Shown here: piece after piece, positions 8,466 through 17,618 of the stretch
Position numbering within the stretch: position 1 is the stretch's first letter
Layout: each line of letters begins with the position of its first letter
Origin: a virus
Direction: 5' to 3' (one strand)
DNA: 64,000 nt
Virus record (IMG/VR): IMGVR_UViG_3300042691_051382
Made by a program: the position numbers and the translations under genes
Notes under the pieces: generated by a model
What the model was told of the DNA's origin: nothing
Databases searched by the model: none
What the model saw: only the letters and a program-made list of their open reading frames with translations

Positions 8466-10796
8466 TCAGTCCTTTTTCTTTTTCTTCATCCAAGTCTTTT
8501 CCCAGCCTTTGCGCAAACCAGCCATACCACCCGGAGATGGCCATTCGCCACGACGAATCTTTTCACGAACAACCGAGCGAATTTCTTCGCCGGTCATACC
8601 GGTGCGGCTCTTGGTTTTGCCCTTTTTGTTGCCGTAGTAGCGTCCAAAACGCTGCTTGATGCCACCGTCAACCACACTCGCACGCGCACCGCTTTGCATT
8701 GGATTGCCTGCATCGCTGCGTCTTGGGTTTGTGGGGGTGCGATAGTTCCAAAAGCGAATCGATGCCATTTCTGGGTTGTATTCGGTTGGAGCCTTTTCTT
8801 TGTATTTCTTTCTGGAATACAAGCGTTCGAGCTGCGAACGTCGCGATTGCGAATATTCGCGACTTGCTGGAATGCTTGCTCCTTCGATCGCACCAACGTG
8901 CGCAGGACCCATCTTTTCACGCTTTTTCTTTCTTACGATACCCTTTTCACGATCCGACTTGGCACGCTTGCGTTGAATTGCTCGATCGAGGCGTTGATAG
9001 TCTTTTTCTTTGGGCTTGCCTTTTACGATTTTTACACCAACCGAACGGCTTTTGCGTTGCTTTTTGCCTTTGCGCAACGCTTCGCGCTTTTTGGATATTT
9101 TGGCGAGTGCTTTTCTCGCTTGCGAAATGCTGCTGGCGCGTGTGGCTTCGGACACAACCTCTTCGTTTAAATTTTGTTTTTCAGAATTTTCATTGTTAAA
9201 GTTTTCTAAGAATTTTAAAAACTTTTTGTCGGCATACATGATTGTGTTCCTATCGTAAGCTTGTTGTTGCTGGTTTTTTAAATTGTATTTTGCAACATTG
9301 ATATGACCCAAAGCCTCTTCGATCAAAACTGCTTCATCTTCTTTTTTGCACGTTTGAAGTTTTTCTGCAAGAATATCGCGCATTTCGTCGATTTGCACAA
9401 AACTTCCTAATGTATTTATTTTTTCAATATATTGATTGTTTCTGTTGCTTTCGGGCAACGTTTGAATCGTATTGACGTTTACCGATATCTTGGCCAAATT
9501 CATAAATTTGTTGCCAATCAAAACAGGATATTTGTTGAATCTTCTGGGCACCAAACTGAATCGTATGTTTTTGAATTTACGATTTCTGAATTCTACGTCA
9601 AATTCCACCACCGGGCGACGATCCACATTTATGTTGTTGGTTCGTATTCTCACATGCGACACAACAGGTTTTTCGTATTTTTTACCTTGCACCGTAAACG
9701 CAACAGTTCCGTTGTATTCTTCGATGTTTTCTGCACCCAATACATTGTAACTTTCGTTGCCGGTATCCAGTTTGGCTTTGAATTTTCCAATAGAATCGAT
9801 GTCGATCGGTTCGATCAAACCAACTTCACGGTGATTGAAATTCCAATTTTCTCGGTTTATTGCATGCTTGACAACGCTGTCGATCAATTTTTGACCCGTG
9901 ATGTTTTTGCCTTCGCTGTCGGGAAAATAGCTGCGATACACGTTTCCGCTGCCGGGTGAAGCGTTGAGTTCGATCACATATGGTTTTCCTTTGCTGGTAA
10001 CCATATCCACACCCACATAATACGTTCCAAAAACCTCTGCCGCACGCTCGGCTATTTCTCGCTCTTGGTCGCTGATTTTATACGGACCACCTTCGGCACC
10101 TTGCGCAAGGTTGGTGCGAAAGTCTCTGGGTGCTTTGCCGCGCATTGCTGCTGCAACAACTTTGCCGTCCAAAACCAACACACGAACATCGTTTTTGATT
10201 TCCAAGTATTCTTGAATCAAAAGTTCCGCATCGTATTTCCAAAGAGTTTGCAGAACCGATTTCAAGCTTTCGTAGCTGTCAACTATCGAAACACCAACTC
10301 CTTCGGCACCCGTGAGTGTTTTTACAATCACCGGAAATTGATTGCCGATTTGTTCGAGTGCGTTGTCGAGCGAACTCAAATTGGCAACAAACGCCGTTTT
10401 TGGTGTTGGTATATCGTAACTGTCGAGTTGTATGGCACTGTAAAGCTTGTTGGCACAAAGTTCCATCGGGCGACGTTCGTTGATCACAAACATCCCGGTG
10501 TTCTCGAAAATCGTAAGAATCGCCATTCCGATTTGAGTGTTGGTTACACCTCCACGCGCAAAACAAACCACATCACGCGGATCGAGTGTGATGCTTTTGC
10601 CGCTACCGTCGTGATTGTGTATCACTATTTTTTCAGAAGTTGATGCACGATCATCAATGTACGCATACTGAGTGGAAACCATGTAAAACTTTTTGCCAAA
10701 CTTTTTGCAAGATTGTTGTATTTTGTTTACGGTGTCGCTACCGTCTTTTCCGGAAGATGTCAAAACAATAACAGTAACGTGATTGTTGTTTGGCAT
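8466..10796 (-). CDS. rimK: RimK-family ATP-grasp ligase fused to a RimB-like retropepsin protease and a basic C-terminal domain
   Basis: ATP-grasp motifs (IPTPKT, FPVIVK...G.EG.GV, IQEYL..KNDVRVLV, DFRTNLAQG, GVDM, VIELNASPG), then 'FKAKLDTG' and 'YPVLIG'; ATG 10796 overlaps the upstream TAA. Confidence 0.8.
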   Translation of the reverse strand: MPNNNHVTVIVLTSSGKDGSDTVNKIQQSCKKFGKKFYMVSTQYAYIDDRASTSEKIVIHNHDGSGKSITLDPRDVVCFARGGVTNTQIGMAILTIFENTGMFVINERRPMELCANKLYSAIQLDSYDIPTPKTAFVANLSSLDNALEQIGNQFPVIVKTLTGAEGVGVSIVDSYESLKSVLQTLWKYDAELLIQEYLEIKNDVRVLVLDGKVVAAAMRGKAPRDFRTNLAQGAEGGPYKISDQEREIAERAAEVFGTYYVGVDMVTSKGKPYVIELNASPGSGNVYRSYFPDSEGKNITGQKLIDSVVKHAINRENWNFNHREVGLIEPIDIDSIGKFKAKLDTGNESYNVLGAENIEEYNGTVAFTVQGKKYEKPVVSHVRIRTNNINVDRRPVVEFDVEFRNRKFKNIRFSLVPRRFNKYPVLIGNKFMNLAKISVNVNTIQTLPESNRNNQYIEKINTLGSFVQIDEMRDILAEKLQTCKKEDEAVLIEEALGHINVAKYNLKNQQQQAYDRNTIMYADKKFLKFLENFNNENSEKQNLNEEVVSEATRASSISQARKALAKISKKREALRKGKKQRKSRSVGVKIVKGKPKEKDYQRLDRAIQRKRAKSDREKGIVRKKKREKMGPAHVGAIEGASIPASREYSQSRRSQLERLYSRKKYKEKAPTEYNPEMASIRFWNYRTPTNPRRSDAGNPMQSGARASVVDGGIKQRFGRYYGNKKGKTKSRTGMTGEEIRSVVREKIRRGEWPSPGGMAGLRKGWEKTWMKKKKKD

Positions 10797-11767
10797 TAAA
10801 CTTCGACTCCGTATTTTATACGCGATTTGAATACCGATTCGATGCGAAGTCCGGGTATTCCAAGCTTTCGGCAGTTTCTGGTTATGTCGTTTCTGATTAT
10901 CCAGTACGGATGATCTTGTGCATCGATCGAGCCGTCTGTTGTGTACACTCGGTCGCACGCAACCGTCAAGCTACAATCGGTGCTGTTGTACGAAAAATGA
11001 GAATCGTTGAACGTGTTGAAAACCACCGCTCCACCGTTGCAAACATCATCGCCAAAAATTGTCTTTTTGGCTTGGTTTTCTTCCATGCACCAAAAAAGCT
11101 CGTTTTCCAACCGCATCACGGTTCTTCCGTCTTTGCGAACCATCGGTGCTCCGTTTTTATCGAGAACCGGAAGCAAGCGGGTTTTTTGTTCGTCCAAAGC
11201 TTTTTGAAGCTGCTGAAGGGCTACCGTGCCGTGCGACGTGTCTGCCGACTCCCAACGCTCGGCATCGTCCTGTTTGATCGAAACTGCATAGTTGTTTTGT
11301 TGTGTTTCGACGATCATATCGGCTTTGTTGCGCCCTTTTCTTGATTTACGATTTTCGGTTAAACGACAATTCATAACATTTTCATAGCAAATTCTATTTT
11401 TATCGCTCAAAAATATTAAATTTATCGTTCCCGATTCTTTTATATATTTATTAATTTTTTGTGCTAGAACATGCTCGTTGGGTACACCCGGCGACATGCT
11501 GCTTTGTTGGGGTAGCGATTTGACGCTTATTCGAAAATCTTGTATTTGCACATACCCAATGCTGCTGTAGCTGGGCATATCGTTCATCAACACAGCAGAA
11601 AAATCTTGAAAATTGTCGCTTACTTGTTGCAAAACCTGCACGCGGTCGTTGCGACATTTTGAAGGTATGCAAACCTTTATGCGTTTTCCGTCAACACGCA
11701 CCACACCAAAAGTTTCGAGTTTTTCAACCAATCGCTGTAACATAAATGCCCTGCACAGGCAGGGCAT
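10796..11767 (-). CDS. Putative PD-(D/E)xK-type nuclease-like protein
   Basis: 'KADMIV...VSIKQDDAERWESAD' catalytic-like motif; start uncertain. Confidence 0.5.
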   Translation of the reverse strand: MPCLCRAFMLQRLVEKLETFGVVRVDGKRIKVCIPSKCRNDRVQVLQQVSDNFQDFSAVLMNDMPSYSSIGYVQIQDFRISVKSLPQQSSMSPGVPNEHVLAQKINKYIKESGTINLIFLSDKNRICYENVMNCRLTENRKSRKGRNKADMIVETQQNNYAVSIKQDDAERWESADTSHGTVALQQLQKALDEQKTRLLPVLDKNGAPMVRKDGRTVMRLENELFWCMEENQAKKTIFGDDVCNGGAVVFNTFNDSHFSYNSTDCSLTVACDRVYTTDGSIDAQDHPYWIIRNDITRNCRKLGIPGLRIESVFKSRIKYGVEV

Positions 11768-11773
11768 TTGTAT

Positions 11774-12286
11774 TTAGGAAGAAACCCAACGTTTCCAACC
11801 TTGTTTGGTCTTTTTGTTGATCAATTTGACCGCTAAAACTCTGCGTGATGGTATGCCCGGTTCTCGCAGCAATCGCATGCCTGCTTCTTCGGGTGTTCGA
11901 TTGGCTTTGGCTGCGTTGCAACTTTTGCAACAAGCCACCAAATTGGTCCACTCGTGACGACCGCCACGACTCACCGGAAGTATGTGGTCGAGCGTTTGAT
12001 TTGATTCGATCAAATCGCTCGTGCAGTATTGACATGTGTATTCGTCGCGACGAAGAATGTTTTTTCTGCTGAGACTTGCGTTTTTGTATGGGATGTTGAC
12101 GTACTTCAAAAGTACAATTGCTGTTGGTAGTTCAAAGTAACCTTCACCAGTTGCAATTCGATAATAGTCTTCGTGACCATACGGCGCGGATGCTTTACCC
12201 GTATACATCAAGCGAACCGCACGATGCCAAGGAATTACATTCAAAACTTCTTCGGTGTTGTTGAGCAGCAAAACGTCCATTTGCAT
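11774..12286 (-). CDS. HNH endonuclease (McrA/HNH_5-like)
   Basis: RRDEYTCQYC...TLDHILPVSRGG...WTNLVACCKSCNAAKANRTPEEAGM. Confidence 0.9.
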   Translation of the reverse strand: MQMDVLLLNNTEEVLNVIPWHRAVRLMYTGKASAPYGHEDYYRIATGEGYFELPTAIVLLKYVNIPYKNASLSRKNILRRDEYTCQYCTSDLIESNQTLDHILPVSRGGRHEWTNLVACCKSCNAAKANRTPEEAGMRLLREPGIPSRRVLAVKLINKKTKQGWKRWVSS

Positions 12287-12303
12287 ACACTTATTTATTT
12301 TAA

Positions 12304-12374
12304 TGTGCCGTTCCGGTGCTGCCCCGGCTTTAAACCGTTATAAGCGATTCTGAGAAGCTGTCCTCCCACGGCAC
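12304..12374 (-). tRNA. tRNA-Ile(UAU), non-canonical D and T loops
   Basis: Perfect 7-bp acceptor stem GTGCCGT/ACGGCAC, discriminator A; anticodon arm AATCG-CTTATAA-CGGTT; T loop GGCAGCA rather than TTCRANY; no encoded CCA. Confidence 0.65.
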
Positions 12375-12422
12375 TAATATTAAACCTACCTCTTTTATAT
12401 ATAAGTATATAAGGGGATTACG

Positions 12423-12824
12423 ATGTCAAATAAACAAAGAAAAATATTTTGTGCTAATTGTAACGAATGGTGTGGTACTGGTAGAAAATATTGTAAAAAA
12501 TGTCGAGAGCAAAAAAAGATAGATGATGAAAATACATTATTAGAAAAATTAAGTAAAACAAAAAAGAAAGATTGTTCTTATAAGAAAGGACATTTATGTA
12601 ACAAATATGCTTATATTAGATGGCATGCAAAAAGAACACATAAAGAAAGTTTTAAATGTTGTCAAAATTGTGGGTATGATAAACATATAGAACTGTGCCA
12701 TATAAAACCCATTAAAGATTGGAATGAAAATTCTTTATTAATTGAAATAAATAGTATAAAAAATATTGTAGGTTTATGTCCAAATTGTCATTGGGAATTT
12801 GACAACGGAATTTTAAAATTATAA
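12423..12824 (+). CDS. Zn-finger HNH endonuclease (probable homing endonuclease)
   Basis: CxxC pairs; CQNCGY...ELCHIKPI...NIVGLCPNCHWEFD; AT-rich, on the opposite strand, inside the tRNA cluster. Confidence 0.8.
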   Translation: MSNKQRKIFCANCNEWCGTGRKYCKKCREQKKIDDENTLLEKLSKTKKKDCSYKKGHLCNKYAYIRWHAKRTHKESFKCCQNCGYDKHIELCHIKPIKDWNENSLLIEINSIKNIVGLCPNCHWEFDNGILKL

Positions 12825-13043
12825 ATTAATTACATTCTTTTTATTAGCGACATGACCATTTTCGTTGATCATCAAATAGTTGGACTTTTGACGATCCGTG
12901 TCGTTGCCAACACGATAGTTGATTTCAAGACCCTGATAATTTTCGCAAAGAATCTTTTCGATGTCGTTCATGATGTTTCGCGACAATTGAAGAGCCGTTT
13001 GTTGATTTTCAGACGCTGGAATGTCAATGTGCAATCGGTACAT
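12819..13043 (-). CDS. Hypothetical protein
   Basis: GGAG RBS before ATG 13043 (MYRLHIDIP...). Confidence 0.6.
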   Translation of the reverse strand: MYRLHIDIPASENQQTALQLSRNIMNDIEKILCENYQGLEINYRVGNDTDRQKSNYLMINENGHVANKKNVINL

Positions 13044-13055
13044 AATTTTCTCCAA

Positions 13056-13129
13056 CGTTCCCGGCAGGAGTCGAACCTGCGACCCATGCGATAGAAGCGC
13101 ATAGCTCTATCCAACTGAGCTACGGGAAC
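13056..13129 (-). tRNA. tRNA-Arg(UCU)
   Basis: GTTCCCG/CGGGAAC acceptor, GCTCAGTTGGATAGAGC D arm, ATGCG-CTTCTAT-CGCAT anticodon arm, GCAGG-TTCGACT-CCTGC T arm. Confidence 0.93.
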
Positions 13130-13135
13130 TTTTAA

Positions 13136-13206
13136 TAGCGGGAGGTGGAGTCGAACCACCACGGTCGGATTATGAGACCGACGATCTACCCTTAATCTAT
13201 CCCGCA
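13136..13206 (-). tRNA. tRNA-Met(CAU), initiator (fMet)-like
   Basis: Unpaired 1:72 (U-U), G2:C71, C3:G70, A11:U24; anticodon arm TCGGT-CTCATAA-TCCGA; canonical T arm. Confidence 0.88.
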
Positions 13207-13217
13207 ATCTTCGATAC

Positions 13218-13245
13218 ATTATACACATCAATCAAACCTTTTCAA
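13218..13245 (-). promoter_or_regulatory. Sigma70-like promoter for the tRNA cluster
   Basis: TTGAAA-N16-TATAAT, 11 nt upstream of tRNA-Met. Confidence 0.6.
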
Positions 13246-14675
13246 CCCCAATCGTTAAACTTTTGATTGAATTTTTGCTCGCTTTTTCTAAACAGAGATT
13301 TGGCATACGGATCGTCTTGTTCGTCGCTGTCGGCAGCAACAACCTTTCCGCTTTCGCTGTTAACATGCACCAGCGATTGCTGAGCGGTTTGATTCACATC
13401 GTAAAACTTCATTTTGCTTTTGTCGAGACCCACAACAAACTTGCGGTTGCTGCCAACATCACCCAAACGATTTTTCAATTGCTTGATCATCACCTGATTC
13501 AATTCTTCGAGTTCTTCGGTTCCGATGATCGCAATAAAGAAATCTGCAGTTGCAGGAAGACCCATACTTTCGGCAGTGTTGGTGAGGTCCACGTCGCTGT
13601 TGTTGAACCCTTGGCGATTGATTTGCGTTGCTGTGAACATCTGAACATTCGTCTCGACCGCAAGACCACGCAACTCTTCGGCAATCGCTTTGACCAGTGT
13701 ATAGCTGTTGACGTTGGCACTTGCTTTGTATCTGGAACTGCTGCAGATGTTAAGATAGTCAACAATCACCACATCCGGAAAAAAGTTCTTTTTGATGCGA
13801 AGCTCGTCGATCAAATGGCGAAAGTTTAGTGCACTGGCGGTGCCAGTTGGATACTCTTTGATGATCAGTTTGCCCTGAACATCTTGAGTGGCACGCTTGA
13901 ACTTCTTTTCGTACATCTGATACGGCAATTCGCGCAACTCGTTGAGACGCGTGTTGGTGAGGTTTGCATCGATGCGCTCGGCGATTCGTTGCTCGCTCAT
14001 TTCAAGGGTAATGTAGAGAACGTTCTTGTTTTGACGCAAACACGCAGCGGCATGGTGACACAGAAAGATACTCTTTCCGCCACCAGTTGGCGCAGCCACT
14101 ACGCTCAAGGTTTTACGAGGTATACCACCATCGGTAATGCTGTTGAGCATCGTCAAATCAAACGCAATCTTTTCTTCGCCGCTGTGATAATACTCGTAGC
14201 GTTCTTTCAAAGCTTCGATATAATCATGCCCGATGTTGGTGTCAAAACTGACGCTCAGGGCTTGACGCAACAGTTCTGGGATTGCGTTTTTGCTGAGTTT
14301 TTGCTTGCCTTCTTTGTCGTCAATGATTTTGATGCACTCAAAAATTGCATTGTACACGGCTCGATCTTTGCACCACTTCTCGGTTGCATCGACTGTCCAA
14401 TCAAGATCGTTGGACGAATCGATCGAGTAGATGGTGTCGATCAATTCGGCAATCTGCTCGTGATCTTTTTGATTGCCACCAATAGCATCAGCTTCGATTG
14501 ACAGTGCTGCCGCTGTTGGACAATTATTGTATGTTTGAAAATACTTGGTAATAAGTTCGAATGCTTTACGTTCGCTGGTTTCCGAAAAATAGTCGGGCGT
14601 AATAAAAGCAAGAACTTTGCGAGCGTAATCATCGCTGCGAGCAAGACCAGACAATATCAGATGTTCAATGCGCAT
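13242..14675 (-). CDS. gp41: Replicative DNA helicase (T4 gp41, DnaB family)
   Basis: Walker A APTGGGKS, YITLEMSE, IKEYPT, VIVDYLNIC, ATQINR, QLKNR. Confidence 0.96.
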   Translation of the reverse strand: MRIEHLILSGLARSDDYARKVLAFITPDYFSETSERKAFELITKYFQTYNNCPTAAALSIEADAIGGNQKDHEQIAELIDTIYSIDSSNDLDWTVDATEKWCKDRAVYNAIFECIKIIDDKEGKQKLSKNAIPELLRQALSVSFDTNIGHDYIEALKERYEYYHSGEEKIAFDLTMLNSITDGGIPRKTLSVVAAPTGGGKSIFLCHHAAACLRQNKNVLYITLEMSEQRIAERIDANLTNTRLNELRELPYQMYEKKFKRATQDVQGKLIIKEYPTGTASALNFRHLIDELRIKKNFFPDVVIVDYLNICSSSRYKASANVNSYTLVKAIAEELRGLAVETNVQMFTATQINRQGFNNSDVDLTNTAESMGLPATADFFIAIIGTEELEELNQVMIKQLKNRLGDVGSNRKFVVGLDKSKMKFYDVNQTAQQSLVHVNSESGKVVAADSDEQDDPYAKSLFRKSEQKFNQKFNDWG

Positions 14676-14680
14676 GATCT

Positions 14681-14708
14681 ATTGTATGCAGTGTAGTTGT
14701 AATATCAA
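14681..14708 (-). promoter_or_regulatory. Putative sigma70-like promoter of gp41
   Basis: TTGATA-N16-TACAAT, 5 nt upstream of the ATG. Confidence 0.45.
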
Positions 14709-14719
14709 TCTGTTGCAAA

Positions 14720-16591
14720 TTATAATTCTTTAATTATTTTTCGACTAAGATCGATATACTTATTTTGTTTATGACGTTCTGTATGCAAAGGTATCAAAGA
14801 AAATAATAAACTAGATGTTAGAATTTTTAACCATTTCAATTTTTCATACCCATATTCTTCCACAAATCGTGTTTCAAAATATTTTTTAATACCATCTGCA
14901 GTTTCTGTAAAAGTCTTATCTTTCAAAATAAAATCATAACCACACAAGCTTTGATAAACTTTTGCATAGTCATAAAATTTATCTCCATATATTGTGTAAA
15001 TATCTCCTATTTTACCACGCATATCAATAAATTTGTTTTCTCCTGTTAATGTTTTAAATATATTTGTAAAAACTGGGTCACCATGAATTCTAGTTTTTAC
15101 TGCTTGTTGTGTATTTTCATATTTTTGCAAATTATTACTTAATTCGGTATAAACTTCATGACTATTATCAAAACAGGAATAATTATATGTTTCGTATCGA
15201 TTTTTTATTTTAGTGTAGTAATTAAGATAAATGTTAATATTTTTTTCTTGTTCGGTATGAGAATGAATTTTTTGCAGATTTAGTATCAAAGAATCAATAT
15301 CTTTAAATGACAATAAATCATTAACAAACATATATGAATACGGTATACCTTCAATTTTTTCCATGACGATGTTATTTTCGTTCACAACTGCCTGTGGAAA
15401 CAAATCTTTTAAATCCTCCGGAATATTATTATACCAATAACATTCACCAAGATTGTTTGTTATTTTATGAATTTTATTGTCTGTTATTAAAATTTTATTT
15501 GTCGAGCGTTCTTTGTCATATATGTTATAAAATCCAGTTTCTTTGCTCAAATCTTCACATGAATTTACTGCAAGATCATCGATATAAAAATCTGCGTATG
15601 GTTTTCCAAAAATTAATTCATGATATTTGATGCCAAATTGTTTTAATTTATCTACTGTTATTTGCTCTACTTGTTCTCTAACTTTTTGCACATCTCCACA
15701 ACAAGTTTTCATTCTTCTTGCAGTGTGTATGATCACTTTGTATCCCATATCATACATCAGATTGCAAAAATCTATACTGTTTTGAAGTGGTTCGACTGTT
15801 GAATAATTTCCTGTAATTTTAGGATATGTTACAAGAGTATTGTCTAAATCAAAACAAAAAATTAAATTATCATTATTTTTTGTGTTTTGAGATTGATAGC
15901 GTAGCTGTTCTGGAGTCCCCAAACAAACATAATCATCAACTAAACAAGATTTTATCGTGCAATTATCAAACAGCATCTTTTTGTAAACATCAGATATGTA
16001 AATTTCTCTATTGATGTTACAATCTTCAAGAGCATTTTTTGCATATTTCTGCAAAACATTCGCATCTTTAAAACAGTATGCTCCCGTGTTTGCATTATCG
16101 CTTATTTTTATTTTTTCGGCAATATCAATAACATCGTTAGAAAAATCTTTAAATTTAATATAAGAAAATAATGGCTTTGATTGATTGTCTTTAAAATAAA
16201 ATATTAAATTTGTATTGTATTGTCTAGCCGATTCAAGAATATCAGTTTTATAAAAATTGTCGCAATCTAAGATGATTGTAGGATCTTCTTTTCTCTCCAA
16301 CATCTCAACTGCAATTGATGCTGTTTCAGCTGGACCGCGAGTGATAACATCAAGAGACTTAAATTTTATATCAGCAGCAGGATATCGTTTTCTAATTAGA
16401 TCTGTAAAACGATACTTGTCAAGCTTATTGTTATAAACAATTACAAATTGATCACCTTTTTGATGGCTTAGATTATCAAGCAACCAAAATATTATTGGTT
16501 TGCCACAAAAATTAATAAGAGGTTTTGGTTTAGAATAACCCTCATCCGAAAAACGTTTACCGGCTCCAGCTGCAAGTATTAAAATATTCAT
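14720..16591 (-). CDS. Trifunctional nucleotidyltransferase / HAD phosphatase / kinase (BcbE-BcbF-BcbG-like fusion)
   Basis: ILAAGAGKRF...PKPLI (NTP transferase); FCFDLDNTL...HTARRM...FGKPYADFYIDD (EcbF/BcbF-type HAD); IHGDPVFTNI...FIDMRG...YDYAK (APH/choline kinase fold). Confidence 0.8.
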   Translation of the reverse strand: MNILILAAGAGKRFSDEGYSKPKPLINFCGKPIIFWLLDNLSHQKGDQFVIVYNNKLDKYRFTDLIRKRYPAADIKFKSLDVITRGPAETASIAVEMLERKEDPTIILDCDNFYKTDILESARQYNTNLIFYFKDNQSKPLFSYIKFKDFSNDVIDIAEKIKISDNANTGAYCFKDANVLQKYAKNALEDCNINREIYISDVYKKMLFDNCTIKSCLVDDYVCLGTPEQLRYQSQNTKNNDNLIFCFDLDNTLVTYPKITGNYSTVEPLQNSIDFCNLMYDMGYKVIIHTARRMKTCCGDVQKVREQVEQITVDKLKQFGIKYHELIFGKPYADFYIDDLAVNSCEDLSKETGFYNIYDKERSTNKILITDNKIHKITNNLGECYWYNNIPEDLKDLFPQAVVNENNIVMEKIEGIPYSYMFVNDLLSFKDIDSLILNLQKIHSHTEQEKNINIYLNYYTKIKNRYETYNYSCFDNSHEVYTELSNNLQKYENTQQAVKTRIHGDPVFTNIFKTLTGENKFIDMRGKIGDIYTIYGDKFYDYAKVYQSLCGYDFILKDKTFTETADGIKKYFETRFVEEYGYEKLKWLKILTSSLLFSLIPLHTERHKQNKYIDLSRKIIKEL

Positions 16592-16599
16592 TTTAAAAT

Positions 16600-17598
16600 T
16601 TAAATTAAACCAATCCATTCTGGATTTTTCATCGACCACTCAATTACGTTTTTCATAGATTGTTCAAGATTCATAGGCAAATTCCAACCCATTTGCTGCA
16701 TTTTTGAACCATCCAGAGCATAACGAAGATCGTGTCCTGGGCGACTGCTATGGAAATCAACCATTTCATAGTTTAACTTCTTACCCATGATATTCGCGAT
16801 CATTTGGGCCAATGAAAGATTATCGATTTCACGTTCACCAACAATGTTAAACTTATCGCCATTCTTACCGTTCTTTATAATGAAGTCTACAGCAGAACAG
16901 ACGTTTTGGGCATGAATATAGAACCGACTTCCTGCTCTAGTGAGTGACTTATCGGCGTGAATAATAACCTTATCACCCTTATAAATCTTTCTAATACAAG
17001 AAGGGATAAACTTTTCCGGATGTTGACGCTCACCAAAAATATTCATACAGTGAGAAATCTTAACAGGCATTTTGTATGTGTTTTCAAACGCAAGACAAAG
17101 TTCTTCTCCACCAGCTTTTGTAGCCGAATATGGATTACCTGAGTTATATCTGTCCCATTCTTTGTAATTTACATTTTCTGGAGCAGGACCAAAAACTTCA
17201 TCGGTTGAAAAATAAACAAAATTTTCTAAAGATTTGAGATGTCTTGCATAATTAAGAACATTACAAGTTCCAACAACATTATCCATTACAAATGAAAGAG
17301 GATCTTCGATGCTTCTGTCTACATGAGAACCAGCACCTATATGAAGAACTGTATCCGGCTTTCCGATTAGCGAGCAAAGAATTTCATTGTTGTACATTTC
17401 TGCACGAAGATCATGCCAAATAAAATTAACACGCTTAGAATTATTTTTCCAAGAATCAAGAGCAGTGAGGCGATTGATGTTTCCAGAAACATCAAGTCGA
17501 TCTAAAATTGTAATTTTTGCGTCAGTGGTGTTGAGCAAATAATCAACCATGTGATGACCGACAAATCCAACTCCACCAGTAATCAATACATTCTTCAT
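16600..17598 (-). CDS. rmlB: dTDP-glucose 4,6-dehydratase-like SDR
   Basis: ITGGVGFVG, SHVDRSI, STDEVFG, PYSATKA, QHPEKFIP, RPGHDLRYALD. Confidence 0.88.
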   Translation of the reverse strand: MKNVLITGGVGFVGHHMVDYLLNTTDAKITILDRLDVSGNINRLTALDSWKNNSKRVNFIWHDLRAEMYNNEILCSLIGKPDTVLHIGAGSHVDRSIEDPLSFVMDNVVGTCNVLNYARHLKSLENFVYFSTDEVFGPAPENVNYKEWDRYNSGNPYSATKAGGEELCLAFENTYKMPVKISHCMNIFGERQHPEKFIPSCIRKIYKGDKVIIHADKSLTRAGSRFYIHAQNVCSAVDFIIKNGKNGDKFNIVGEREIDNLSLAQMIANIMGKKLNYEMVDFHSSRPGHDLRYALDGSKMQQMGWNLPMNLEQSMKNVIEWSMKNPEWIGLI

Positions 17599-17618
17599 AA
17601 TCTATTCCTTCGATAAAA

